From: Polyangiaceae bacterium
GTDB lineage: Bacteria > Myxococcota_A > Polyangia > Polyangiales > Polyangiaceae
Reading direction: 5' to 3'
DNA: 64,000 nt
NCBI GenBank assembly: GCA_965222375.1
Contig: CBDCTZ010000005.1
Location: 192,001 to 256,000, forward strand
The notes beneath the pieces are model-generated. The model had not been told where the DNA came from. It made no database searches and saw only the letters and a list, made by a program, of their open reading frames with translations. Shown in pieces: positions 18,682-28,612 of this stretch. How positions within the stretch are numbered: the stretch's first letter is position 1; each line of letters opens with the position of its first letter. Position numbers and translations under genes: made by a program.

Positions 18682-19656
18682 TCACCTCAGTTTTGTTGCG
18701 CGTTTGCGTCGCCGTCGGTGTGCAAGCCCGAACAGCAACAGAAACCCCAGCGAAGCGTCGCGCCCAGCCGCGCCGCCCACGCTACAGGAAGCGTCATTGG
18801 GTGGGGCGGTCTGGGGCGCCGTTTGAACGGGCGGCGGGGGGCACGCGTGGCTCTGCCGCCACTCGGCGAGTCGCTCCTGCAGCGCGACCACGGGATCTTC
18901 GACGCCCAGCTCACGCCGATCCGTCTGCAGGTCGACTCCAGGCGTGGCGCCTACCGTCAGCCACGCGGAGTCCGCCGGGCGCCCTTCCACAGTGCAGCGC
19001 GCGTCGCCGCGGCCATCTTGGCTCGCTGCGGCAAGGCCGCGAACCAGGCGTTCCGACAAGTCACGGCCGCCCGCATCGAAGAACCCGGAAAGCGCATGCT
19101 GGAGCACATCGCCGCCGCTGACGAAGTTGCCGGCGGTCGCCACCACGTAGTCTTGATCCGACCGAACCAAGTCCAGCGCGGCCGGGTTGGACTCCAAACC
19201 CGTGAAGGTGGCCACGCCGCCCAGGGCATCGATGACCAGGTATTGCCGCTTGTTGGTTTCGAAATCGAAGCTCGGATCCAGCAAGGTCTGCAACGTCTGC
19301 TTCGCATCGAGGCCCGCCGCCAGCCCCTCGATGGCCTTGGAGCGTCCCGGGGATCCAAGGGCCAGATAGGACTGCGCGACGACAGCACCCTTGGAGGGCA
19401 GACTCGCGTAGACCTGGCGCAGCGTCTCGATGCCTACGCAGGAGGCGGACGCGAAACCGAAGGTTCCACTGGCTCGCTCAAAGGCCAGAATCGAGTAGGT
19501 CGCCGGCGCCTCCAGTGTGAACGTTGTCACCGCCAGCGCCATCGCCACAGCAGCAAAGCCGGGTCCGAGACTGCGCCTGAGCCGCATGCGCATTGGCCGG
19601 AGCAGCCTCATCGAGAAAGTGTATCGGAGCGCCCTAGTTCGTGTCCACGCGGTCAA
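18682..19656 (-). CDS. DUF1028 (Ntn-hydrolase-like) protein with MYXO-CTERM-like tail (start uncertain)
   Basis: ATYSILA...GAVVAQS...RQYLVID...AGN...GDARC; C-terminal SCSV...hydrophobic...RRRRK. Confidence 0.8.
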   Translation of the reverse strand: MTAWTRTRALRYTFSMRLLRPMRMRLRRSLGPGFAAVAMALAVTTFTLEAPATYSILAFERASGTFGFASASCVGIETLRQVYASLPSKGAVVAQSYLALGSPGRSKAIEGLAAGLDAKQTLQTLLDPSFDFETNKRQYLVIDALGGVATFTGLESNPAALDLVRSDQDYVVATAGNFVSGGDVLQHALSGFFDAGGRDLSERLVRGLAAASQDGRGDARCTVEGRPADSAWLTVGATPGVDLQTDRRELGVEDPVVALQERLAEWRQSHACPPPPVQTAPQTAPPNDASCSVGGAAGRDASLGFLLLFGLAHRRRRKRATKLR

Positions 19657-19932
19657 GGGTTGCTGCGATGCGTCGCTTGGCGTCCAGGCGACCGCGACAA
19701 GAATGCCGGCAGTCGACGGACCTGCGCTCCAGCAGGCTCGAGGTTGGGCGCACCCGCGTGGCCTGGCTCGGGAGTAGTGGCCCTGCCTGCGGAAGGGATG
19801 CGACCCAACCCAAACCCGGGCAAATCACGCTGGGTTTTGCAGACCAGTCGCCCGCACGGAGCCCCGGGAAGATCCGAGGACGGCGGGCGTAGAAGAGACG
19901 CCCGAGGCGGTCGGGCCGACGCGGAGGAACGA

Positions 19933-20427
19933 ATGGGCGAGCGGACCAAGAGCCTGCATGCATTCTGGTTGATGTTGGGGCTGCTCGGAGTCCTGTTGGC
20001 GTGCAAGGCGAACAGGCAACCCGATCCGAAGCTTGGGGAAGTCGTGACCTTCGACGACAGCCAGTGGACCGTGGTCAAGGCTCAGAACATCGGCAACACG
20101 CTCCAAGGCATCGCCGAGATGAAGAAGACTACGGGCAAGTTCATCAAGGTCGAGTTCACGGTTACGAACAAGAGCAAGCAGACGGAATCGATCTTGGCTC
20201 ACCCCCAGATCATCGACGATCAGGACCGAGAGTACGGGCCCATCGAGGCTCAGTCCTTGTTCATGGGGGACCGCGAAAAATCGATGACCCTGGAGTCACT
20301 GTCTCCAGACATGATGCAGCGCTTCTTCGCGATCTACGAAGTGCCCACGGACTCCAAGGGCCTGCGCTTCGAGGCTCGCGCCCTGTCCGCCTTCGGCAAA
20401 CGCCGCAAAGTCGCGCTGGGGATCTAG
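19933..20427 (+). CDS. DUF4352-like lipoprotein
   Basis: GGAGG RBS, LLAC lipobox, FIKVEFTVTN, IIDDQDREY, YEVP. Confidence 0.8.
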   Translation: MGERTKSLHAFWLMLGLLGVLLACKANRQPDPKLGEVVTFDDSQWTVVKAQNIGNTLQGIAEMKKTTGKFIKVEFTVTNKSKQTESILAHPQIIDDQDREYGPIEAQSLFMGDREKSMTLESLSPDMMQRFFAIYEVPTDSKGLRFEARALSAFGKRRKVALGI

Positions 20428-20480
20428 CTCGCGACTCGGATGACTTCTGAGCGTTGGGGAAAGGGCAGCGACGACGACGC

Positions 20481-22451
20481 TCAGCGCCGCTGCCCGGGCG
20501 CACGAACGGATCCCACCACCGGGAGCTCTTCGAAACCGCGTCGCGCTCGGGCAATGCTGATGCCGACTTGATTGAAGATCAGGACGAGATTGGCACCTAG
20601 CACGGCATACGGCGTCCAGCGTGGCTCGTAGCTCGCGATCAAGAAAGCGACGGTGAACGCCACCGCGCTGATGCCGCCCCAGGGGTCCATCAAGATCCCC
20701 ATCGCCCACGTGAAGAGCGCCCACACCAAGAGCAGACCGATGATGATCGTCTGCATTTCGAGGCCGAGCCAACTCGCTCCCAAACACCACACCGCCGTCA
20801 TGGCCAGCGCGGTCGCAACGAGGGTCATGCTGGTGCGGTTGAGGCGGTTGGCCAAAAGTTGCCGGCCGCGAAGCGCGACCACTGGAACACCCACCAGAGC
20901 GATCAGCAGCGGAAACGCGATCATGAGGGTCACGTCCTTGGGCGGAGAAAACGCGATCGCGCTCCAGAACACGACCCAGATCAACCCGAAGACACCGCCG
21001 AGGATCCCGCGAATGCGATGTCCGAAACCGCGATCCACATCGCTGACCAAGCGCCGTAACCGCGCTTCCTCGTCCGCGGACTTGGCTACGGCCTCGGCCA
21101 CACGCTGTTGCAGATCTGAAGACAGCCCCTGGTGGGTTTCGACGAGTCGCGCCGCGACCTGGGGCTCGCCGGTTTCGAGAGCGTGGGTCACCCGAAGCGC
21201 GGCGAGCAGATTCACGCCCGCTTGGGCTGCGGGGCACTCGGGCCACTCTTCGAGGGACGCGCGATAGGCCACTTCCGCCGACAGGGCCGCGCGCTCCCAT
21301 TCCGCTTCGTCGTTCCGCTCAAGCGCCTCCGCAGCGCGCTCTCGCTCCCGAGCCCCACGCTCCGCAAGACGCAGCGCGCCGCGGTGCTCGAGAAAGTCCG
21401 CCAGAGCCAGTCGAAACTCCTCTGGACTTGCGGTGCGCTTGTCCACGTCGTGCTCCAGGGCGCTGCGCGTGATGCGTCGCAGCTCGGCCGGAACGTCGTC
21501 GGGCAACTCCGGGGGCGCTTTTGACTCCAACATGTCCGCGACCCGGTGCTCCAGAGGCGTGCCCGCGTGAGGCGGCCGCCCCGTCAGCACGTGGAACAAC
21601 GTCGCACCGAGCAAGTAGGTGTCCGTCCATGGCCCCAGGGGTGCGCTGCTACCGACGACCTGCTCCGGCGCCATGTATCCGGTCGTTCCGGCCAGCTCCG
21701 TCGCGCCGTAATCGCTTGAAGGATCGTCCAGCTCCAGCGCAATGCCCCAATCGAGCAGGTACACCTCGCCGAAGGGTCCCACCATCACATTCGAGGGTTT
21801 CACATCCCGATGGATCACCCCGCGGCTGTGAGCAAAAGACAGCGCCCGCGCGACCGACATCAGCACGCCGAGATTCCACTCCAATAGATCATCTTCGCCG
21901 AACAGCTCGGCAACCCGCTCCGCGTCCTGCATCAAGCTGCTCCAGGTATCACCTTCGATCAGCTTCAACACGACCTGGGGCACGCCGTCTTCGCCCCGGA
22001 CGATGTCATGCACCGGCACGATATTGGGATGCTCCAGGCGCCCCGTGATGCGCGCTTCACGCAGCAGCCGCTTGACGTCTTCGGGGGATTGACGATCGGC
22101 GCGCAGAGCCTTGACCGCCACGGCTCGATCGACCTTGAGCTGCCGCCCGATCCGCACGACGGCCATGCCCCCCTGCCCCAGAGTGGCTCCGATGTCGACG
22201 CCGGGAAAGGAGCGGCGCTTGCGGATCGTGGAGCCGGGCTGGATCCGAATCGCGGGACGGGCTCCGGTCTGTTCCGCGTCCAGCACCATGTCGGCTAACG
22301 CTCGGCGCAGCTCAGGCTTGTGGTCGAGCTTGGTCGTCAGCTCTTCTTCGTCGCTGCTCTCCAGTTCGCCGGCAATGAGGGCCGCCAGCCGCTTCGCGTC
22401 CTCCTCCACGCGAGCATTGTTGCACCCCGACTTCCACTCCGCCTGTGCCAT
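20481..22451 (-). CDS. Ser/Thr protein kinase with C-terminal multi-TM domain (start uncertain)
   Basis: LGQGGMA, VAVK, HRDVKPSN, DWG, GTTGYMAPEQ; several TM helices. Confidence 0.95.
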   Translation of the reverse strand: MAQAEWKSGCNNARVEEDAKRLAALIAGELESSDEEELTTKLDHKPELRRALADMVLDAEQTGARPAIRIQPGSTIRKRRSFPGVDIGATLGQGGMAVVRIGRQLKVDRAVAVKALRADRQSPEDVKRLLREARITGRLEHPNIVPVHDIVRGEDGVPQVVLKLIEGDTWSSLMQDAERVAELFGEDDLLEWNLGVLMSVARALSFAHSRGVIHRDVKPSNVMVGPFGEVYLLDWGIALELDDPSSDYGATELAGTTGYMAPEQVVGSSAPLGPWTDTYLLGATLFHVLTGRPPHAGTPLEHRVADMLESKAPPELPDDVPAELRRITRSALEHDVDKRTASPEEFRLALADFLEHRGALRLAERGARERERAAEALERNDEAEWERAALSAEVAYRASLEEWPECPAAQAGVNLLAALRVTHALETGEPQVAARLVETHQGLSSDLQQRVAEAVAKSADEEARLRRLVSDVDRGFGHRIRGILGGVFGLIWVVFWSAIAFSPPKDVTLMIAFPLLIALVGVPVVALRGRQLLANRLNRTSMTLVATALAMTAVWCLGASWLGLEMQTIIIGLLLVWALFTWAMGILMDPWGGISAVAFTVAFLIASYEPRWTPYAVLGANLVLIFNQVGISIARARRGFEELPVVGSVRAPGQRR

Positions 22452-22559
22452 CGCTCTCGCTGGCACAACCTCGGACAATTCGGTCCGAAACTCAGAATTT
22501 CGCCACCCAGAAATGACGAAGATCAACACTTGGAACGCCTGTTGCTTTGGAGCGCAGCC

Positions 22560-23330
22560 ATGACTTTCTTCCCACGAATCGGCCTGGCCCTCAGCGCTTT
22601 GCTCTTCGCCGCGTGCAGCGGTTCGTCAGATTCTGACTCACCGGGTGGCGGTGGGTCTTCAGGGGGCGGCGGCACTGACGCGGGGGTCACGGGCGGCGCC
22701 GCGGGCACCGGCACCGGTGGCGCAACGACGGGTGGCACTGCCGGTACGACGGGTGGCGCGGCAGGCGCGTCGGGAGGTGCCGCCGGCGCGTCGGGTGGCA
22801 CCGCGGGCGCGAGTGGCGGTGCGGCTGGCAGCGGAGGCGCAGCAACGGGTGGCGCGGCAGGCTCTGGGGGCGCCGCAACGGGTGGCACGGCAGGCTCTGG
22901 GGGCGCCGCAACGGGTGGCGCGGCGGGAACTGGAGGCGGCGCAGGTGGTCCTGGCATCGCTTGCGGCGCGGCGACCTGCAAAGCGCCCCAGGGCTGCTTG
23001 AGGTGTTTCAACGCAAAGCCGCCGACCGCCAAGTGCATCAACCCGTTTTCTGAGACATGCCCGACGTTTCCCAATCTGCACTTGTATTGTGACGATCAGA
23101 GCGACTGCAAGACCGGAGAGCAGTGCGCAATCATCGAGGGCAGTATCGGCACCTACGCCCAGTGCTTCCCAGAGGCCGCTTGTACCCAAAACTGCAGCTG
23201 CGGCGCCGGCGCCTTCGGGCAGGTCTGCAACAGCCTTGCGGACTGCCCCTCTTGCGCCAAGAAGTGCGAGCCGTACCAGCAACCCGGCGGCGGCGCCGGC
23301 GCCTTCCCGGTCAAGGTGTGCACCTGGTGA
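22560..23330 (+). CDS. Lipoprotein with Gly-rich linker and Cys-rich domain
   Basis: FAAC lipobox; GGAAG repeats; many Cys. Confidence 0.85.
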   Translation: MTFFPRIGLALSALLFAACSGSSDSDSPGGGGSSGGGGTDAGVTGGAAGTGTGGATTGGTAGTTGGAAGASGGAAGASGGTAGASGGAAGSGGAATGGAAGSGGAATGGTAGSGGAATGGAAGTGGGAGGPGIACGAATCKAPQGCLRCFNAKPPTAKCINPFSETCPTFPNLHLYCDDQSDCKTGEQCAIIEGSIGTYAQCFPEAACTQNCSCGAGAFGQVCNSLADCPSCAKKCEPYQQPGGGAGAFPVKVCTW

Positions 23331-23331
23331 G

Positions 23332-23727
23332 TCAGGCCGCCGCGTCGAATGCCTGACGGAATTGTTGGGGTAGTGCGACGGGTTTGCGATCTTCGCCGAC
23401 CGTGACCATCGCGGTGTGACCCTCAACCAATAGCTCTAGCGTTCCGTCGGCGCCGACTCGGTGCACCTTGTGCCCGATCCGAAAACCTTTGCTCCGGGTT
23501 TCTTCCACGAAGGAGTGAATCTCGAGCAGATCGTCAAAACGCGCCGGCGCCCGATAGCGGCAAGAGGTCTCGACGATGGGCAGCCGGTAGTCGTAGGGCA
23601 AGCCCAACTCGCGAAACATCTCCACACGGCCCGTCTCGAAGTACAAGAAGTAGCTGGCGTAGTACACGATGCCGGAAGTGTCCGTATCCGCATAGCGAGC
23701 CCGAGTCCGCGTCGTGAAGACCTTCAT
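23332..23727 (-). CDS. Acyl-CoA thioesterase (YbgC/4HBT family)
   Basis: RYADTDTSGIVYYASY...YRAPARFDD. Confidence 0.92.
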   Translation of the reverse strand: MKVFTTRTRARYADTDTSGIVYYASYFLYFETGRVEMFRELGLPYDYRLPIVETSCRYRAPARFDDLLEIHSFVEETRSKGFRIGHKVHRVGADGTLELLVEGHTAMVTVGEDRKPVALPQQFRQAFDAAA

Positions 23728-23952
23728 CGCCGCATTGTGGGACTGTCCCGGAGCCGACGACAAGGCCTCGTGTGGTCCTCGTATGGTTTGGATGCCCCCG
23801 CCCGAGGCCGAAGGAATCCGTCGGCTCCCCCGCCCGGCCCCAATACAAAACAACGAAGGCTCCCGCTCGGGGGAGCCGGCGCCCCCAAACCCGGGCTATC
23901 GCCCGGCCGGGGGCGCAACCTAGAGGCCCGCACCCCACGCAGGCGCCCAAGA

Positions 23953-24375
23953 TCAAACTTGCTCCACCACGTACAGCGAGCAGCCCGAGTGGTGACCCCA
24001 GGGGCGCAGCTCGCCACCAGGAGGATGGTAGTGGGGCTCGATGCGGCCCAGGTAGTTCTTGCCGTCGATTTCGAACTCGACCTCGAAGCCGTGGGGCTTC
24101 TTGTAGTGCTCGTTGATGATCTTGCGAGCCATCTTCACGACCGCCACCGTCATCTCGCTGCCCTTGATCCGACGCACGACGCGCTTCTTGGGGGCGGGGG
24201 TTTCTTGCTTGGTCTCAGCAGCAACCATGGTGGCGCCGGGCGCCCGCAGCACGCCCCGCTGAACCTGGGCCGTCGTCTGGGGCGCTGCGGCGGGGGCGGC
24301 GCCGATGGGGGAGCAGCTCAACGTGGTGCAGAGGGTGGCGGCCATGAGGATGATTGCGGTGATTCGGTTGCCCAT
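23953..24375 (-). CDS. Putative lipoprotein
   Basis: AGGAGA RBS, TLSC lipobox, IEPHYHPPGG...GHHSGCSLY. Confidence 0.75.
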   Translation of the reverse strand: MGNRITAIILMAATLCTTLSCSPIGAAPAAAPQTTAQVQRGVLRAPGATMVAAETKQETPAPKKRVVRRIKGSEMTVAVVKMARKIINEHYKKPHGFEVEFEIDGKNYLGRIEPHYHPPGGELRPWGHHSGCSLYVVEQV

Positions 24376-24514
24376 TTTCTCGTCTCCTGAATGGGCCGTT
24401 CCGAAAGCCGGCGAATCGATCACGACAAAGTGAGAAAAAGTTCGCGGGGCGTTGTCGGGGCCGAAAACCCGCGGTATTTCGCGATGAAGCGAGGCTCCGC
24501 CCACCTCCACCCAC

Positions 24515-26059
24515 ATGTCCGCCGACTCCTCCCCGCCCGTGGCGGTCGCCAGAACTGGCGAGCCCGCTTCCGACACCGACGACTCCGACGTCGAGCACGC
24601 TCGGGTGCGCGCGCGGGTCAAGCAAGGGCTGTTTGGCGGGCCACCGGAGCCCGTGCGACTGGACCAATTCGAAATCCTGGGCCGGCTCGGCGCCGGGGCC
24701 ATGGGCGTCGTTTACGAAGCCCGAGACACCGAACTCGATCGCGTCGTAGCGCTGAAGCTATTGCACCCTGAGCAAGGGCCGCGAGGAGCCGACCCGACTC
24801 GAGGCACGACGGCACTGCTCGAGGAAGCCCGCAGCATGGCCCGGGTGCGCCACCCCAACGTACTCACAGTGCACCAGGTAGGAACCCACGGTGACCAGGT
24901 CTACGTCGCGATGGAGCGCGCGAAGTCCACCCTGAGCGAGTGGCTCTCCCAGGGTCGCCCACCCACTGAGCGCGTGCTGGAGGTCCTAGCGAAAACCGGG
25001 CGCGGTCTCACCGCGGTCCATCGTCAAGGGCTGGTTCACCGGGACTTCAAACCGGACAACGTCTTGATGGACGACGAGGGCCAACCGAAGGTCAGCGACT
25101 TCGGTCTGGCGCTGCGCGCGGATGCGCTCGCCGCGGGTTCTAGGGCGGGCACGCCAGCGTACATGGCGCCGGAGCAGATCCGGGGCGAAGAAGTGGATGC
25201 GCGAAGCGATCAGTTCGCCTTCGCCGTAACCGCCATTGAGGCGCTGACCGGTCGCCGCCCCTTTTCTGGCGAGAGCATCGAAGAGTTGCTCGAAGCCATC
25301 CTGCGACGGATCAAAGTCGAAGATCTCGGTAGCAGCGTGCCCCGAGAGATTGCCGAGATCTTGGTGCGCGCGTTGGACCCCGAGCCCGGCGCGCGCTTCT
25401 CGTCCATGGACGCCCTGCTCGAGCGCCTGGAGAGCCGACCCCCGCAACGTTCACCCGTACCTTTAGTGGTCGGCATCGTGCTCGGGGTCGTCGTCCTGTG
25501 CGCCATCGCGGTCTTCGTCGTCTACGCTCCCGGCGACGAGCGCGTCACCGAAGTCACCCCCTCTGCGTCGACAGCACCGGTACCATCGAGTGCGCCGGCC
25601 CCAATCCGCGACGTCACCCGGCTGTGCGTCAAGGCAGTGTCCGCCTCGTCGGAACAAGAGGCTCACCCTGCCCGCCACGCCTTCGACGGCGTGCCCACGA
25701 CAGCATGGTCCGAGGCCGTCCCCGGGGACGGCGCCGGGCAGTGGGTGGAAGCGCAACTCGAGGCCGACACCTGGGTCTCCGAGGTCGAGGTCAGCGGAGG
25801 TTGGTCCACCACGACGGGTTCCGGCGCCGATCTGTGGGCCATCAATGCGACCTTTCGCGCGATGCGCGTTTCCTGGGACGGCGGCGAGGCGGTGGTGCGC
25901 TTCGATCGAAAGACCGATCGCGGCAAGCGGAAGCGCGTCGCCGTGGACGCAGCCACCCGTAGCGTGCGGATTACGGCCCTCGAGGTCGATCGAGGCCGCT
26001 TTCGGGATCTATGCCTCGACGAGGTCGTGATCCACGGGCGTTGCAACGCCGCGCGCTAA
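24515..26059 (+). CDS. Membrane Ser/Thr kinase with extracellular discoidin-like domain
   Basis: LGAGAMG, HRDFKPDN, DFG, GTPAYMAPEQ; TM; AFDG..TAWSE..GDG.GQW. Confidence 0.95.
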   Translation: MSADSSPPVAVARTGEPASDTDDSDVEHARVRARVKQGLFGGPPEPVRLDQFEILGRLGAGAMGVVYEARDTELDRVVALKLLHPEQGPRGADPTRGTTALLEEARSMARVRHPNVLTVHQVGTHGDQVYVAMERAKSTLSEWLSQGRPPTERVLEVLAKTGRGLTAVHRQGLVHRDFKPDNVLMDDEGQPKVSDFGLALRADALAAGSRAGTPAYMAPEQIRGEEVDARSDQFAFAVTAIEALTGRRPFSGESIEELLEAILRRIKVEDLGSSVPREIAEILVRALDPEPGARFSSMDALLERLESRPPQRSPVPLVVGIVLGVVVLCAIAVFVVYAPGDERVTEVTPSASTAPVPSSAPAPIRDVTRLCVKAVSASSEQEAHPARHAFDGVPTTAWSEAVPGDGAGQWVEAQLEADTWVSEVEVSGGWSTTTGSGADLWAINATFRAMRVSWDGGEAVVRFDRKTDRGKRKRVAVDAATRSVRITALEVDRGRFRDLCLDEVVIHGRCNAAR

Positions 26060-26158
26060 CGAAGCACAACCTCGCGGCTGACAGCGGCGCCGCCGCGTCC
26101 ACCGGACTTGGGAGAACTCCTGATGACGCCAGGAGGGCGGCCACCCCCAATTTTCGTT

Positions 26159-26803
26159 TCAGGCGTCGAGATCCTCGGGGGCAACGCCCGCATCTGGGCT
26201 GAGGCGCTCCCGCAACCCGCCCGCCCAGTTTTCCAAGTTCGCCAGCGTCGTCTCGAGTTCCCGCGGCGAGCGCGATAGCTGCTTCATCTTCGCTTCCAGC
26301 GCTTCTTTGGCGCGACGCAGCCGGCTGCGCACCGTGCCCTCCGCAATGTCGAGGACCCGCGCGATTTCTGGGCCGGGCAACTGCTCCCAGTAGTGCAGCT
26401 CGAGTGCGATCTGAAGCTCCAGAGGAATGGTTCGCAAAGCCTCGAGCAGCAGGCGATCTCCAACGCGCTTGTCCACCAGACGACTGGGCGTGGGCCCCAG
26501 GTCGGCGAGGGACGTCACCCCAAAGTCTGCGCCGGGTTTGCGATCCCGGTAGTGCTTGTAGAGCTTCTTTCTGGCAACGGAAAACAGGTAAGTGCGAAAG
26601 CTGGACTCCCCGCGAAAGGAGTCCCGACTCTCGACGCAGGACAGGAACACGCTCTGCACCAGATCCGCGGGGTCATTGGCCACCTTGTTGCGCAAGAAAC
26701 GAAACAGGCTATCGAAGTGACGATCGAAGAGTTCGCCCCCGGCCGCCGCATCCCCCGCACGCCACGCCTCGAGCAGCTCGAAGTCCTTCACCGCGTCGCT
26801 CAC
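26159..26803 (-). CDS. ECF RNA polymerase sigma factor
   Basis: AWRAGD, DLVQSVFL, FRTYLF, EIARVLDIAEGTVRSRLRRA. Confidence 0.93.
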   Translation of the reverse strand: MSDAVKDFELLEAWRAGDAAAGGELFDRHFDSLFRFLRNKVANDPADLVQSVFLSCVESRDSFRGESSFRTYLFSVARKKLYKHYRDRKPGADFGVTSLADLGPTPSRLVDKRVGDRLLLEALRTIPLELQIALELHYWEQLPGPEIARVLDIAEGTVRSRLRRAKEALEAKMKQLSRSPRELETTLANLENWAGGLRERLSPDAGVAPEDLDA

Positions 26804-26889
26804 CGCGCGCAGTGTTTCACACTCGGCCGTGTCGCTCCAGCTCCCAGCCCCTCTGGACACGCGCGTTTCGCGCCACCACCCCGACTTGC

Positions 26890-27234
26890 ATGACCTGGTA
26901 CGCCCACGAAGTGCTCTGCATCGCCAGCCCCGAGGCGCTCGCTTACGTTCACGCCGAGCCGCGGCTGCTGCCTCACGCCTCCGTCGTACGGTCGCCACTG
27001 CAGCACGATTGGTCCAGCGAAGAAGCGCGCCACGATCTGCCAACTCAGGGTCTGCTCGTGGTGCAGCCCGTCGTTTCAGCGAAAGAAGCGGGTGAGTGGT
27101 ACGAGTCCGGCGTCTTGGCTTGGGACACGCTCGAGGCCGATGCCGCAGCGCTTCGCATTTTGCCGCAGCAGTTTTGCAGCCACCTACCCGATGCGAGCCT
27201 GGACGACTTCCTGCCAGCCAACGCGTTGGCGTGA
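26890..27234 (+). CDS. Hypothetical protein, possibly truncated
   Basis: MTWYAHEVL..., 114 aa. Confidence 0.45.
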   Translation: MTWYAHEVLCIASPEALAYVHAEPRLLPHASVVRSPLQHDWSSEEARHDLPTQGLLVVQPVVSAKEAGEWYESGVLAWDTLEADAAALRILPQQFCSHLPDASLDDFLPANALA

Positions 27235-27254
27235 GGAGGACGTGATGTCGCGAC

Positions 27255-27683
27255 TGCTACTTGCATCGGAGCGAACTTCGTGTTCCGAAGCCAGACCGGC
27301 GAGGACGAGACGAGCGGGCCGACCGGGCCGAACAGGACTGCCGATCTCCCTGAGGAACTGCCTTCGAGTTGGGCGCGGCGGTCGGCGACGTTGTGATGTT
27401 CACCGACCTGCTGGGGGTCTGGCCCCAAGTCGGAATCGGCTACGCCAGCTTCAAAGAGGAAGACACTGCGAACGTGACCAAGGCGTCTGCACCCACGGTT
27501 GGCGCTGGCGTCCCGCTCGTGATCCAACCCGTCGAACACTTCGCATTCTCGATCGGCCCAGACCTCGGCTCCCTCTTCGCCGGGAGCGCGGAGGTTCGTG
27601 ACAAATCGTCGGACACGACGACGGACGGTAGCTACTCGGGCTTTGGGGTCGGACTGAGTGCCGGCCTGATCGGCTACTTCTAG
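27255..27683 (+). pseudogene. Outer-membrane beta-barrel remnant
   Basis: Alternating amphipathic strands ending GLIGYF; no signal peptide; in-frame stop at about 27351. Confidence 0.6.
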
Positions 27684-28507
27684 TCCAGGCTGGGCCCGCG
27701 CCGCTTCCGGCGCCACTCGCTGGGCGTCGTGCCCGTGCGCTTCTTGAAAAGGGCGCTCAGGTGCTGGGGTGACGCGAAGCCAATCTCGAAAGCGATGGCG
27801 GTGACCGGGGTGTCGCTCTCCGCGAGCATCCGCTGCGCCGCCCGCACCCTCACCTCGGCGAGTTCGTCCTGGAAAGTCGTGCCGGCGTCGCTTAGGCGTC
27901 GTTGCAGAGTTCTGGGAGAAAGGGCCATCGCGCCCGCCGCGTCTTCGATCGAGGTTCTGCGCAGCGTTGCTGTGAGTATGTCGCGCAGCTGATGGATGAT
28001 GGGCGGCGAGTCCGCAGCGGCGAACATCGCGTCTATCGCCGCGTGGGCCTGACACGGACCGGGCTCGAAGGCTAGCTCACCGTGCAACCACTCGAGCGCC
28101 GCCAAGCGCTCGTCGAAGAGGCGCACCGGGAACGGTCGCGGCGCCACCTCGAAGGCGCCCGACACGATGGCGCCGGAGAGCCCTCTCGGGCGCACCAATG
28201 CGACCCGCTGCACCCAGCGCGAGAGTTGGTCGCTGTAGTGGGTCAAATACGCCTCGAGCAGTTCGAACGTGCCGCGCTCACCGCCTTCGAGACGGCTGGT
28301 ATCGATGAGCGAGCCATGGGTCTCTGCGGGGGGCGCAAGCTCGACCACCAGCGAACGGCCCAGAGTTCGCGCAATGCCCTCATCCGGGCGGCCCCAGAGC
28401 AAGAGTGCCCACAGCGCAGGGTGCAGGCAGCCATGCGCAAAGCACTTCCCGCTCACGTAGGCGCCCACGGGGTCTTGGCTGAGTTCATCCAGGACCACAG
28501 CCCGCAT
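27680..28507 (-). CDS. AraC-family transcriptional regulator
   Basis: LSPRTLQRRL...IAFEIGFASPQHLSALFKKRTGTTP. Confidence 0.93.
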   Translation of the reverse strand: MRAVVLDELSQDPVGAYVSGKCFAHGCLHPALWALLLWGRPDEGIARTLGRSLVVELAPPAETHGSLIDTSRLEGGERGTFELLEAYLTHYSDQLSRWVQRVALVRPRGLSGAIVSGAFEVAPRPFPVRLFDERLAALEWLHGELAFEPGPCQAHAAIDAMFAAADSPPIIHQLRDILTATLRRTSIEDAAGAMALSPRTLQRRLSDAGTTFQDELAEVRVRAAQRMLAESDTPVTAIAFEIGFASPQHLSALFKKRTGTTPSEWRRKRRGPSLD

Positions 28508-28612
28508 GGCTGCAGCTTAGCGCCGTTTTCCGGCACGCGTGGCGGTTTCAGACAATCGATTGTCGCGATCCCTACCGCGCATGGGACGCGCTCTAGACAG
28601 ACTGAGGCCGCC

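Noticed and set aside
18583..19932. 5' extension of the 614-aa plus-strand ORF
   Set aside because: Antisense shadow of the DUF1028 gene; the real gene starts at 19933 with RBS and lipobox
22840..22930. 33-bp repeats here and 21-bp repeats near 62170-62300 as non-coding elements
   Set aside because: They encode Gly-rich linkers of lipoproteins
27351..27353. Selenocysteine read-through at the TGA in the beta-barrel remnant
   Set aside because: No redox motif context and no obvious SECIS; better explained as decay
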